NCBI GenBank assembly: GCA_965248835.1
Contig: CBDFLJ010000002.1
Coordinates: 2,144,001 to 2,208,000 of the forward strand
Length of the DNA: 64,000 nucleotides
DNA from: Alphaproteobacteria bacterium
GTDB lineage: Bacteria; Pseudomonadota; Alphaproteobacteria; MPNO01
Reading direction: 5' to 3'
This document shows, piece after piece, positions 37,344 to 47,120 of this stretch (positions are counted from its first letter, which is position 1; each line of letters begins with the position of its first letter). A program made the position numbers and the translations under genes. The notes beneath the pieces are model-generated. The model did no database searches and had not been told where the DNA came from. It saw only the letters and a program-made list of their open reading frames with translations.

Positions 37344-38471
37344 ATGGCACAGAAAAAAGCGGTCTTCCTCGACCGGACCGGCTACAAGACGCCCCGGCTC
37401 GACCTCTGGGAGCCGGTGGTCATCCCCAAGGAGGATATCGACGAGGAGGTCGGCCGGCTCGCCGGTCTCGACCGGCCGGACAACGGTCGGCGGCACTCGA
37501 TCCTCGCCCATCCCGACTGGCAGAAGCTCGGCGTCGGCCCCGGCCTGCAGCCCGGCATCAGGGTGACACTGGAGGTGCTGCGCCCGGGCGAGCAGTCCGC
37601 GCCGATCCGCCACAACTCCACCCAGGTGAATTTCTGCATCGGCGGCAGCGGCCATTCGATCGTCAACGGCAAGCGCTTCGATTTCGCCCGCTACGATGTC
37701 TGGAATTTTCCCTCGATGGCGACCTATTGGCACGTCAACGACGGCAAGGAAATCCAGGTCAGGCTGAGCTACTCCAACGCTCCGCTGCTGGAAAAGATGA
37801 ACGTCCATATCGTCGAGGAGGAACCGCCGCCGCTGATCGAGGCCGTCGGCGGCGCCGATGCGCAGGCCGAAGCCGAGCCGGACGAGCGCGACGTCAACCC
37901 CTATGGCACCTTCCAGCTCACCGAGGACGGCGCCTGGCTGATGCCCTACGAGACGCTGATCAACCCCTCGGCGGTCGATTCCAAGGCGCTGCAATGGCCG
38001 TGGCAGGACGTCAAGCGCGAACTCGACAAGCTCCAGGCGCTGGGCCGGGACTATCGCGGGCGCAGGCTCTACCTCCTGTTCAATCCGATGACCGGCCGGT
38101 TCAACGGCACCACTCCCAGCTTCTTCGCCACCATGACGGTCCGCCCGGCCAAGATCGTCGACCGCCCGCACCGCCATGTCTCGGCCGCGATCAACTACTA
38201 TTTCTCGGGCCGCGGACGCTCGACCGTCGAAGGCAAGGTCTATGAATGGAAGGCCGGAGACCTGATGCTGTCGGCGCCCGGCTGGGCGGTCCACAACCAC
38301 GCCTCCTACGACGAGCAGGTCTACGAGCTCACCATCCAGGACCAGCCGCTCAACATCGTCATGGAGTCGCTGCTGTGGCAGGAGGACCTCAAGCACCCGT
38401 GGTCGGTGCTGGGCGCCAATGTCGGCTTCGGGACCAACGCCGAGCAGGTCAAGAGCGCCTTGGGCGAATAA
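37344..38471 (+). CDS. Bicupin, gentisate 1,2-dioxygenase-like
   Basis: Two cupin repeats; the C-terminal one carries RPHRHVSAAINY and WAVHNH; LTIQDQP. Confidence 0.75.
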   Translation: MAQKKAVFLDRTGYKTPRLDLWEPVVIPKEDIDEEVGRLAGLDRPDNGRRHSILAHPDWQKLGVGPGLQPGIRVTLEVLRPGEQSAPIRHNSTQVNFCIGGSGHSIVNGKRFDFARYDVWNFPSMATYWHVNDGKEIQVRLSYSNAPLLEKMNVHIVEEEPPPLIEAVGGADAQAEAEPDERDVNPYGTFQLTEDGAWLMPYETLINPSAVDSKALQWPWQDVKRELDKLQALGRDYRGRRLYLLFNPMTGRFNGTTPSFFATMTVRPAKIVDRPHRHVSAAINYYFSGRGRSTVEGKVYEWKAGDLMLSAPGWAVHNHASYDEQVYELTIQDQPLNIVMESLLWQEDLKHPWSVLGANVGFGTNAEQVKSALGE

Positions 38472-38478
38472 CCCGGCC

Positions 38479-39378
38479 ATGATGACGCTGCCCAAGGGTT
38501 CTCTGCGCGGCTCGATCCCGCCCCTGATCACCCCGTTCCGGCAGGGCGAGGTCGACTATGCGGCGTATGCCCGCATGGTCGAGTTCCAGATCGACAACGG
38601 CTCCCACGGCATCCTGGTCAACGGCACCACGTCGGAGCCCTCGACGCTCACGCTGGAAGAGCGCAACCGGGCCGTCGATGTCGCGGTCGAGGCCGCGGCG
38701 GGCCGCGTGCCGATCGTTGCCGCGACGGGCTCGCAGTCCTTCGCGGAGACCCGGGCGCTTACCCGGCATGCCGCCAAGGCCGGCGCGGACGCGCTGCTGA
38801 TCGTCACGCCCTACTACATCCGGCCGCCGCAGCGCGGGCTGGTCGCCTACTACCTGGAGCTCGCCAAGGAAACCGACCTGCCGTGGATGATCTATCACAT
38901 ACCCGGCCGGGCGGCGGTCTCGGTGAGCCTGGAGACCATGTGTGAGATCGCCGAGAAGTCATCGACCTTCGTCGGCATGAAGCACGCCGTGGACGATCTC
39001 GGCTTCGTCAGCCAGTGCCTTGACCGGCTGGGCATGGATCTGAGGATCTTCGTCGGGCTCGAAGACCTCAGCTATCCGATGATGGCCGTCGGTGCCTGCG
39101 GGCTGATGAACGCGGTGGGAAACCTCCAGCCCGCGCGGCTTGCCGCGTTGTGCGATGCCATCTGGTCGGGTGATCTGAAACAGGCCCAGGCGCTCCATTA
39201 CGCGCTGTTCGAGATCAACCAGGCGGTGTTCTACGACACCAACCCGATCGCGATGAAATACATGATGAAGCGCCTGGGCATCATTCCCGAGAACGAGCAC
39301 CGGCTGCCGATGGTCCCGGCGACGCCCGAGCTCGAACGCCGCCTCGATGGCGTGCTGGAGCGTGCGGGCCTGATCTGA
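38479..39378 (+). CDS. DapA/class I aldolase family (HpaI-like / dihydrodipicolinate synthase-like)
   Basis: NGTTSEPSTL, VTPYY, IYHIPGRA, GMKHA (Schiff-base Lys) and DTNPIAMK motifs. Confidence 0.87.
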   Translation: MMTLPKGSLRGSIPPLITPFRQGEVDYAAYARMVEFQIDNGSHGILVNGTTSEPSTLTLEERNRAVDVAVEAAAGRVPIVAATGSQSFAETRALTRHAAKAGADALLIVTPYYIRPPQRGLVAYYLELAKETDLPWMIYHIPGRAAVSVSLETMCEIAEKSSTFVGMKHAVDDLGFVSQCLDRLGMDLRIFVGLEDLSYPMMAVGACGLMNAVGNLQPARLAALCDAIWSGDLKQAQALHYALFEINQAVFYDTNPIAMKYMMKRLGIIPENEHRLPMVPATPELERRLDGVLERAGLI

Positions 39379-39388
39379 AGCCCGAAAA

Positions 39389-40144
39389 TCACCTCAAGGC
39401 GGAACCGCCGGTCGTGCGGCGGCGGCCGGCCAGCGCACGGGCCAGCGCGGCGTAGTCCGCCGCGAGGCTCCGGCCCGGGCTCTGCGGATCGGCCGCACAC
39501 GCAGCGCACATGTTCAAGCTGGTACGCGGCGCCGGCAGGACCCGGACGGCTGCGGCCATGCGCGCGCGCTCCTCCTCGGTCTCCGGCAGGACCGGCTGCC
39601 CGGCCGCCGCGAGCCGGCGCATCTCGGCCTCTTCGCCGCCGGCGCGGCGTCGGATCAGATCGAAGCGCGCGCGCTCGAGCGCCGCCATGCTGGCGTAGTG
39701 CGCGGCAACGCAGCATTCGGGAAAGCCGAGCAGCCGGGCTTCCCGGGCGATGCCCGGCTGCGCGCCGGCGGCGAGTTCCGCAAGCTCGGAAGCGACACGC
39801 CTGGTCTTGGCGACGTAACAGGCCTGACCGGCGGCCAGGCGCTCGCGCGTCGGCGCGGTGAACCAGGAGGGAAGCGCCTCATCGGCCGGCGCGGCGTGCC
39901 AGTAAGGCCCGGTGAGGACATGAAACCCGCCGGTCCGGGCGACCGCTTCCACGGTGTCGCGCCATCCCGTCTCGTCGAAACCGCGGCCGGTAAGGTAGAC
40001 CGGCTTGATGCCGGCCGCCATGGCGATGAAATCGAGCGCCTCCTGGCCGGCGGTTGCAGCGACATAGCCGTCGGTCCAAGCGATCGGTGCCGCGTAGAGC
40101 TTCTTCATCAGACTGCGCAGCCGGGGCAGGTTCGCGATCTTCAT
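39389..40144 (-). CDS. Hypothetical protein with LLGFPECCV and CxxC motifs (DUF483-like)
   Basis: Start MKIANLPRL with GGAGA RBS, overlapping the stop of the emrB remnant; GIKPV, ARLLGFPECCV and NMCAAC motifs. Confidence 0.7.
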   Translation of the reverse strand: MKIANLPRLRSLMKKLYAAPIAWTDGYVAATAGQEALDFIAMAAGIKPVYLTGRGFDETGWRDTVEAVARTGGFHVLTGPYWHAAPADEALPSWFTAPTRERLAAGQACYVAKTRRVASELAELAAGAQPGIAREARLLGFPECCVAAHYASMAALERARFDLIRRRAGGEEAEMRRLAAAGQPVLPETEEERARMAAAVRVLPAPRTSLNMCAACAADPQSPGRSLAADYAALARALAGRRRTTGGSALR

Positions 40145-40683
40145 TCTCCGGCCGCTCTCCTGGTCGGCCCGCCCGTGCGGACGAGGATCGCCACGACGAT
40201 CGAGACACCGACGCCGGAGCCGTAGTTGCGCGCAAGGCTGGTCAATGTCGAGGCCTCGGTGCGGAACCGCGGCGGCAGAGTCTCGAAGGCAATCACCGTC
40301 AGCGGCACCCAGACGAAGCCGATCCCGAGCCCGTTGAAGAAGGCCGCGATGGTAACGTCCATCAGCTCCACGTCGGCGGAAAACGTCGACAGGCTGTACG
40401 ACGAGATCGCGACGCAGCCAAAGCCCAGCGCGGTGACCAACCTGCCGTCGATATGGCGCACCATCCAGCCCGCGGTCAGCAGCGAGATCATCGTGCCCAG
40501 CCCGCGCGGCGCCATGACCAGACCGGCGGTCATCACCGGCAGTCCGCCCTGCATGTGGGGAAGCGATATCGAGGCGATGGTCATGTCGAGGATGACGACC
40601 GTCGTCGCCATCATGGCCGCCACGGTGACCATCGATCGCGCGGGCCCCGATCCGGCGCGATCGGCGCCGGAAAGAGCGGTCAC
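40141..40683 (-). pseudogene. Internally deleted and truncated DHA2 (EmrB-type) MFS efflux permease
   Basis: TM1 motif ILDMTIASISLPHMQGGL is joined directly to the much later PVMTAGLVMAPRGLG; ends shortly after RNYGSGVGVSI; 180 aa versus about 500 expected. Confidence 0.85.
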
Positions 40684-41747
40684 TTGTCCTCGACCATGAA
40701 GGCGAGCGCGGAACCCACCATGTCGAACAGCGAGACCTCACGCCCGGTATCGATGCTGACCGTCGCGGTCACTCCGGCGGGCATGGCGAAGGGCCGGCCG
40801 GCGGACGTGTCGACCTCCAGCCGGACGGGCACGCGCTGGACGATCTTGACCCAGTTGCCGGTCGCATTCTGGGGCGGCAGCACGGACAGCTCGGCCCCTG
40901 TCGAGGGGCTGATCGAGCTGACCTTCGCGCGCCAGGTCAGATCGGGGAAAGCATCGACGACGATCTCCGCCTCCTGGCCGATCCGAACATGGGTAAGCTG
41001 GGTCTCTTTGAGGTTGGCCTCGATCCACGGCTGCGCGGACTCGATCAGAGGCAGGACCGCATCGCCGGCTTCGACATACTCGCCCGACTGGAGGCGCACC
41101 CGGCCGATCGTGCCGTCCGCAGGGGCATGGATCACGGTCCGGCGGAGGTTGATCTCGGCGCTTTCGCGTGCAGCCCTAGCCTCGATGAACCCGGGATGGG
41201 CTTCCACCGCGATATCTTCCTTGCCGCCCAGGTTGGCAAGCAATCGCAGGCTCTTCTGGCGCACCGCGCTGGCGCGCTGGCGCGAGGTCAGGAGGTTCTG
41301 CTCGGCCTCTTCGTAGGCTGCGCGGGAGGCATGCCCGCGGCCGGCCAGCGATTTCAAGCGTTTGTACACGCCGCTGTAATAGGCGATGTTCTGGTTGGCC
41401 TCGCGCAGCGCCATCTGAGCCTCGCGGTAGGATGCGCGCAGCCCCTTTATGTCGCTGCGCACCATCGCAAGCTTGGCCTTGGCCCTGTCCAAGGCCACCC
41501 GATGCGGCTCGGAATCGATGCTGAAGATCGGATCCCCGGCCTTCACGAACCCGTTCTCGGCGACGTACACCCGGTTGACCCGGCCGTCGATCTCGGCGCT
41601 GACCAGCACCACGTTGGATTTCACATACGCATTTTCGGTCGTCACGTAGCGGCGCGACGCCACCCAGTAATGCGCGCCGATGACCAGTGCGACGGCCGGG
41701 ACGATCCCCAGGAATACGATGCGAATGATTGTCCGCCTGCCGGCCAT
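40680..41747 (-). CDS. HlyD/EmrA family membrane fusion protein
   Basis: N-terminal TM helix; TENAYV, WIEANLKETQL and LPPQNATGNWVKIVQRVPVR motifs. Confidence 0.93.
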   Translation of the reverse strand: MAGRRTIIRIVFLGIVPAVALVIGAHYWVASRRYVTTENAYVKSNVVLVSAEIDGRVNRVYVAENGFVKAGDPIFSIDSEPHRVALDRAKAKLAMVRSDIKGLRASYREAQMALREANQNIAYYSGVYKRLKSLAGRGHASRAAYEEAEQNLLTSRQRASAVRQKSLRLLANLGGKEDIAVEAHPGFIEARAARESAEINLRRTVIHAPADGTIGRVRLQSGEYVEAGDAVLPLIESAQPWIEANLKETQLTHVRIGQEAEIVVDAFPDLTWRAKVSSISPSTGAELSVLPPQNATGNWVKIVQRVPVRLEVDTSAGRPFAMPAGVTATVSIDTGREVSLFDMVGSALAFMVEDK

Positions 41748-41899
41748 GGGCCGCTGCCCTCGTCCTTGCGGTATCTCGCCCAGCCCGGCGACCGGCCCGT
41801 GTGCAGGGCCCGATTGCGGCGCGTGCCAAATACATCGACGCCGAATTTCGATAGGTTACTATCTTTCTCCGAAGACGGCAAAACTTCAATAGCGCCCGA

Positions 41900-41951
41900 T
41901 CTCGGACACGGTCTCGGACGCGGTTGTCGGAAATCGCCGCTGGCGTATGAT
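41900..41951 (+). promoter_or_regulatory. Putative sigma70 promoter with an abutting 12-bp direct repeat
   Basis: TCTCGGACACGG/TCTCGGACGCGG (41900-41923) immediately followed by TTGTCG-N16-TATGAT (41924-41951), upstream of the TauD genes. Confidence 0.4.
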
Positions 41952-41990
41952 GGGACCGGACTCGAAGACACCCGCAAACGGAGTCGGACC

Positions 41991-42836
41991 GTGGGCCTGA
42001 CCGTCACGCCGCTGAGCCCGAGCATCGGCGCCGAAATCGGCGGGCTCGACCTGAACGCGCCGCTGAGCCCGGGCGAAATTTCCCGGATCGAGCAGGCCTG
42101 GCTGGATCACATCGTTCTGGTGTTCCGCGGCCAGAAGCTGGACCAGGACGCACAGATCCGGTTCGCCGCGCTGTTCGGCACCGTCGGCGAACGCTCGCGG
42201 TCGCCGGACAGGCGCCCGGAAGGCGCCGATTTCCACCCGGCGGTCATGCTGGTGTCGAACATCCGTGAGAACGGCAAGCCGATCGGATCGCTGCCCGACG
42301 GCGAGATGTGGTTCCACCACGACATGTGCTACCACCCCGCGCCCTATCGCGGCACGATGCTCTATGCGATCGAGATCCCGCGCCGCGGCGGCAACACCCT
42401 GTTTGCCAACATGTATGCGGCCTACGATGGTCTGGAGGAGTCCATCAAGGCCGAAATCCGGGGCAAGCAAGCTCTGCAGATCTACGATTACTCGGTGCGC
42501 GACCGGGTCTCGCCCGACGGCGACATCAGCGGCTATCCGCACCAGCTTCAGCCGGTCGCGATCACCCATCCGCTGAGCGGCCGGAAGGCGCTCTACGTGA
42601 ACCCGCTGATGACCGCGCGAATCCAGGATGTCCCCACCGCGCGCAGCGACGCGTTGCTCGAATGCCTGTTCGGATTCGTCGCGCGCTCGGAGATCATCTA
42701 CGAGCATGTCTGGCGCCCGGGGGACTTCGTGATGTGGGACAACTGGTGCTCGTGCCACGCGCGCACCGATTTTCCCGAGGACGAGCGCAGGCTGCTGCGA
42801 CGCTGCACCATCTTGGGTCAGAAGCTGAGCGAATAG
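41991..42836 (+). CDS. TauD/TfdA family Fe(II)/2-OG dioxygenase (copy 1)
   Basis: GTG start; GAEIGGLDL, WFHHDMCY, GGNTLFANM and WDNWCSCHAR motifs. Confidence 0.92.
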   Translation: MGLTVTPLSPSIGAEIGGLDLNAPLSPGEISRIEQAWLDHIVLVFRGQKLDQDAQIRFAALFGTVGERSRSPDRRPEGADFHPAVMLVSNIRENGKPIGSLPDGEMWFHHDMCYHPAPYRGTMLYAIEIPRRGGNTLFANMYAAYDGLEESIKAEIRGKQALQIYDYSVRDRVSPDGDISGYPHQLQPVAITHPLSGRKALYVNPLMTARIQDVPTARSDALLECLFGFVARSEIIYEHVWRPGDFVMWDNWCSCHARTDFPEDERRLLRRCTILGQKLSE

Positions 42837-42848
42837 GAAGACAGACCG

Positions 42849-43694
42849 ATGGCCATCCGAATCAACAAGCTCACCCCGCATATCGGTGCCGAGATCGACG
42901 GGCTCGACCTGAGGACTCGCCCGAACCAGGCCGAGATCGACGGGATCTACAAGGCCTGGCTGGACAATATCGTCATCGTCTTCCGCGGCCAGAAGCTGGA
43001 GCAGGCCGATCTCCTCCGGGTGACCGAGTATTTCGGCCCCCCGGCGGCCAACGCCCGGCCCAGGGAATACCGCAGCACCGCCCAACTCGAAATGCTGCCG
43101 GGGATCATGCTGATCTCCAACGTGCGCGCGAACGGCCAGCCCATCGGCGCCCTGCCCGACGGCGACATGATGTTCCATCACGACATGCTGCATGCCGAGG
43201 TCCCGGACAAGGGGACCTTCCTCTATGCGGTCGAAATCCCGGGCCACGGCGGCAACACGCTGTTCGCCAGCGGCTATGCGGCCTACGACACGCTCGATGA
43301 CACGCTGCGCGGCGCGCTGGAAGGAAAGCGCGCCTTCCATCACTACAACTACGGCTCCCAGCACCGCGGCGATGACATCGGCACCCCGGCATTCTCCGAA
43401 TCGGTCCACCCGGTCTTCCGGACCCATCCCGAGACCGGCCGCAAGGCGGTCTACATCGACCGGCTGATGACCGAATACGTGCTCGACATGGACAAGGCCG
43501 AGAGCGACGCCGTGCTGGAACGGGTGTTCGACCATTGCGAAAAGGACGAGTTCGTCTACGAGCACGTCTGGCAACTGGGCGATTTGCTGTTGTGGGACAA
43601 TCGCTGCTCGATGCATGCGCGCCGGGACTTTCCGTCCGAAGAGCGGCGACTGCTGTGGCGGACGACGCTTGCCGGCGACGACCGGCCCCATTGA
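42849..43694 (+). CDS. TauD/TfdA family Fe(II)/2-OG dioxygenase (copy 2)
   Basis: GAEIDGLDL, MFHHDMLH, GGNTLFAS and WDNRCSMHAR motifs. Confidence 0.92.
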   Translation: MAIRINKLTPHIGAEIDGLDLRTRPNQAEIDGIYKAWLDNIVIVFRGQKLEQADLLRVTEYFGPPAANARPREYRSTAQLEMLPGIMLISNVRANGQPIGALPDGDMMFHHDMLHAEVPDKGTFLYAVEIPGHGGNTLFASGYAAYDTLDDTLRGALEGKRAFHHYNYGSQHRGDDIGTPAFSESVHPVFRTHPETGRKAVYIDRLMTEYVLDMDKAESDAVLERVFDHCEKDEFVYEHVWQLGDLLLWDNRCSMHARRDFPSEERRLLWRTTLAGDDRPH

Positions 43695-43709
43695 GCCGGG
43701 GAGACCGGG

Positions 43710-44561
43710 ATGACCAAAATTCTCAGCGACTCGCAAATCGCGGCCTATGAGCGCGACGGGTTCGTCTTTCCGGTGCGTATCATGGACCGGGCCGAGGCCG
43801 CCGAACTGCTGCGGCGCTTCCAGGCGCTGGAGCGCCGCCTGGGCGCGGAGCCCCAGCAACGCTTCAAGATCAAGGCTCATCTGCCTCTGCGCTGGCTCAA
43901 CGCGCTGGTGCGCAACCCGGTCATGCTCGATGCCGTCGAGGACCTGATCGGACCCGACATCCTGTGCTGGGGCTCAAGCTTCTTCACCAAGAAGGCACGC
44001 GATTCGCGCTTCGTCTCCTGGCACCAGGACTCGACCTATTACGGGCTGCGCCCGGCGGAGACCGTCACCACCTGGGTCGCCTTCACCGACAGCAAGATCG
44101 CTTCGGGCTGCGTCCGGTTCGTGCCCGGCACCCACAAGGACGGCATCCTCGATCACATCGAGACCTACGATGCCGACAATCTGCTGATGAAGGGCCAGAC
44201 CATCGTGGGGGTCGAGGAGACCGCGGCGATCGATTGCGAACTCGACGCGGGCGAAGTCTCGATCCATCACGAATCGGTCGTCCACGGCTCGAACCCCAAC
44301 ACCACCGACGGGCCGCGGATCGGGCTTTCGATCCATTACATCGCCCCGCATGTCCGCCAGACTGCCTTCGATCGCGCGACCGCGATGGTCGTGCGCGGCC
44401 GCGACACGCACGGCCACTGGGAGCCCGAGCCCGAGCCCAAGGAGGACCTCGACCCGGTATGCCTTGCCGCGCTGGACGAGGTCTATGCGCAATACCGCAG
44501 CGGGGTCGGTAAACCGAACGGATCGGGAAGAGACCATGCGCAGGCCGCCGCGCGCCGATGA
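43710..44561 (+). CDS. Phytanoyl-CoA dioxygenase (PhyH) family protein
   Basis: SWHQDSTY, SGCVRFVPGTH and HGSNPN..RIG motifs. Confidence 0.9.
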   Translation: MTKILSDSQIAAYERDGFVFPVRIMDRAEAAELLRRFQALERRLGAEPQQRFKIKAHLPLRWLNALVRNPVMLDAVEDLIGPDILCWGSSFFTKKARDSRFVSWHQDSTYYGLRPAETVTTWVAFTDSKIASGCVRFVPGTHKDGILDHIETYDADNLLMKGQTIVGVEETAAIDCELDAGEVSIHHESVVHGSNPNTTDGPRIGLSIHYIAPHVRQTAFDRATAMVVRGRDTHGHWEPEPEPKEDLDPVCLAALDEVYAQYRSGVGKPNGSGRDHAQAAARR

Positions 44562-44649
44562 GACGGGTAATGACTGGCCAGCCGCGCTCGATGACGGCCG
44601 GAACCGGTACCGGCCGGCGATGAAGGCGCCCGGCGCGCCGTAGGGTCCG

Positions 44650-45489
44650 GTGTCCCCGTCCGTGGAAACGCTGCCGCCGCGCGAGCACGTCTTCGTCGGC
44701 GGCCGGCGGGTGAGGTTCCGCCAGGCCGGGCCGGGCGATGCCGAGCCGGATGCGGTGGTCTTCCTGCACGGGCTCGGCGGCGGCTCTGCGACCTGGAGGC
44801 GGCAGTACGAGCGGTTCGGCGCGACCCGGCGCGTCGTCGGCTGGGACATGCCGGGCTATGGCGGCTCGCAACCGCTGCCCGGAACGCCGCAGGCGCGCGA
44901 TTACGCCGAGATCCTGGCGGCGTTCCTCGGTGCGCTCGACTTGGTTCGGGTCCATCTGGTGGGGCAGTCGGTGGCGGCGTTGATCGCGGCCGCCTTTGCC
45001 CGGCTGGCGCCGGGACGGCTGCGCTCGGTGGTCTTCGCCCACCCGCTGACCGGCTTCGGCGCCCTGCCGGCGGACGAGCGGGCGGCGGCGGCGGCGCAGA
45101 GGATACGCCCGTTTGATGCGCTCGGACCGCAGGGCTTCGCGCAATCGCGCGCGCCGCGCCTGCTCGCGCCGGGCGCCGCGCAGACGCTGGTCGAGGAGGT
45201 GGTCGCGACGATGTCCGAGGTGCCGCCGGCGGCCTATCGCCAGGCGGTCTTGATGATGAAATCGGCCGATCTCATGACCGAGGCCGCAGCGATCGGTCTG
45301 CCGGCCCTCGTGGTCGCGGGATCCGACGATCCACTGGCGCCGCCCGAGATCTGCCGCGGGTTGGCCGATGCCTTGCCTGCGGGGCGGCATGCCCTGATCG
45401 ACCGGTCCGGACACTATGCCGCGCTGGAGCGTCCGGAGGCTTTCAACCAGGCCCTGCAGGCGTTTTTCGAATCGACCGAGGCACGCTGA
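44650..45489 (+). CDS. Alpha/beta fold hydrolase
   Basis: FLHGLGG, WDMPGYGGS, VGQSVAA nucleophile elbow, GSDDPL and SGHYAALERPEAFN motifs. Confidence 0.9.
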   Translation: MSPSVETLPPREHVFVGGRRVRFRQAGPGDAEPDAVVFLHGLGGGSATWRRQYERFGATRRVVGWDMPGYGGSQPLPGTPQARDYAEILAAFLGALDLVRVHLVGQSVAALIAAAFARLAPGRLRSVVFAHPLTGFGALPADERAAAAAQRIRPFDALGPQGFAQSRAPRLLAPGAAQTLVEEVVATMSEVPPAAYRQAVLMMKSADLMTEAAAIGLPALVVAGSDDPLAPPEICRGLADALPAGRHALIDRSGHYAALERPEAFNQALQAFFESTEAR

Positions 45490-45523
45490 GCGAATCTCGC
45501 GCAAGGGTGAGCCATATGAGCCT

Positions 45524-45539
45524 TGGCAAACCGCTTGCA
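45524..45539 (+). promoter_or_regulatory. Putative sigma54 (-24/-12) promoter upstream of pntAA
   Basis: TGGCAAACCGCTTGCA has GG-N10-GC spacing and one mismatch to TGGCAC-N5-TTGCA; it lies 70 nt upstream of the ATG. Confidence 0.45.
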
Positions 45540-45609
45540 AGTGGGCATGTTGCGGGACGTTTCCAGAATTCAGGTGCCCGGCGCACCGCACCCAAGAAAC
45601 AACGTAGCC

Positions 45610-46782
45610 ATGAAGATTGCGGTTCCCAAGGAAAGACGGCCCGACGAACGTCGCGTAGCCGCATCCCCGGATACCGTCAAGAAGTTCATCGGCCTCGGCG
45701 CGGACGTCGTCGTGGAGTCCGGCGCCGGGCAAGGCGCCTCGATCTCCGATGAGGCGTTTTCCGAGGCCGGCGCCGCGGTCGCCGACGGGGCGGAAGCGAC
45801 ATTGGAGTCCGCCGACATCGTCCTCAAGGTCCAGCGCCCGATGATCGCGGGCGAAGGCGAGGTCGACGAGGTCGCGATGATGAAGCCCGGCTGCGTGGTC
45901 GTCGGCATCCTGTCGGCGCTGCAGCACGCCGGTCACGCCGCGGCCTATGCCGGCGCGGGGCTGACCGCCTTCGCGCTGGAATTGCTGCCGCGGATCACCC
46001 GCGCGCAGTCGATGGACGTGCTGACATCGCAATCGAACATTGCGGGCTACAAGGCCGTCATCGACGGCGCGCACGCCTTCGGCCGCGCATTTCCGATGAT
46101 GATGACCGCCGCCGGGACGATCCCGCCGGCCCGCGTGCTGGTGCTGGGAGCCGGCGTCGCCGGGCTCCAGGCGATCGCGACCGCGCGGCGGCTGGGCGCC
46201 ATCGCGACCGGCTACGATGTCCGCCCCGCGGTCAAGGAACACGTCGAGAGCCTGGGCGCCAAGTTCCTCGAGGTCGACTCGGCGGCGACCGCCGAAGCCG
46301 AGACCGCCGGAGGCTACGCCAGGGAAATGGGCGAGGACTACCAAGCGCGGCAGGAGACCGCGCTTCGCGCCGTGCTGCCGAGCCAGGACGTCGCGATCTG
46401 CACCGCGCTGATCCCCGGCCGGCGGGCGCCGATACTGATCACCGAGGAGATGGTCAAGTCGATGCGGCTGGGCTCGGTGATCGTCGACCTCGCCGTCGAG
46501 CAAGGCGGCAACTGTCCGTTGAGCGAGCTGGGCAAGGCGGTCACCAAGCATGGCGTCCGGATCCTCGGCTACGCCAACGTGCCCAGCCGGCTCGCGGAGG
46601 ATGCCTCGGCGATGTATGCCCGCAACGTCCTCAGCTTTCTCACCCCGTTCTTCGATCGCCAGACCAAGGCGTTCGCCTTCGATTGCGACGACGAGATCGT
46701 CAAGGCCTGCCTGATCGCCCGCGACGGCGCGGTGGTGCACCCCCTGCTGGTCGACGAGCAGGCGAAGGAGGAGGTTGCGTGA
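45610..46782 (+). CDS. pntAA: NAD(P) transhydrogenase subunit alpha part 1
   Basis: [31 protein letters not shown] and [10 protein letters not shown] motifs. Confidence 0.96.
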   Translation: MKIAVPKERRPDERRVAASPDTVKKFIGLGADVVVESGAGQGASISDEAFSEAGAAVADGAEATLESADIVLKVQRPMIAGEGEVDEVAMMKPGCVVVGILSALQHAGHAAAYAGAGLTAFALELLPRITRAQSMDVLTSQSNIAGYKAVIDGAHAFGRAFPMMMTAAGTIPPARVLVLGAGVAGLQAIATARRLGAIATGYDVRPAVKEHVESLGAKFLEVDSAATAEAETAGGYAREMGEDYQARQETALRAVLPSQDVAICTALIPGRRAPILITEEMVKSMRLGSVIVDLAVEQGGNCPLSELGKAVTKHGVRILGYANVPSRLAEDASAMYARNVLSFLTPFFDRQTKAFAFDCDDEIVKACLIARDGAVVHPLLVDEQAKEEVA

Positions 46783-47105
46783 ACGCGCAGACGATGCCTC
46801 AACCCGCCGCGGCGGAAGCGGCATCGGACCCGTTCATATTCCTGTTCACCGTCTTCGTTCTGGCGATCCTGGTGGGCTATTACGTCGTCTGGAACGTCAC
46901 GCCGGCGCTCCATTCGCCGCTGATGAGCGTCACCAACGCGATCTCCTCGGTGATCATCGTCGGCGCGTTGATCGCGGCCGGCCCGGCCGGCATGAACTTC
47001 TCCAAAGTCATGGGGTTGCTTGCCGTGACGCTGGCCTCGATCAACATCTTCGGCGGGTTCATCGTCAGCCAGCGCATGCTGCGCATGTACAGAAAAAAGC
47101 GCTGA
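46779..47105 (+). CDS. pntAB: NAD(P) transhydrogenase subunit alpha part 2
   Basis: GTG start with GGAGG RBS; [18 protein letters not shown] and NIFGGF..RML motifs. Confidence 0.95.
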   Translation: MNAQTMPQPAAAEAASDPFIFLFTVFVLAILVGYYVVWNVTPALHSPLMSVTNAISSVIIVGALIAAGPAGMNFSKVMGLLAVTLASINIFGGFIVSQRMLRMYRKKR

Positions 47106-47120
47106 GGCGGGACATCGATT

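Noticed and set aside
38479-39378. Housekeeping dapA
   Set aside because: GTTSEP and YHIPGR differ from the usual GTTGES and YNVPGRT, and the catabolic context favours an aldolase; no symbol assigned.
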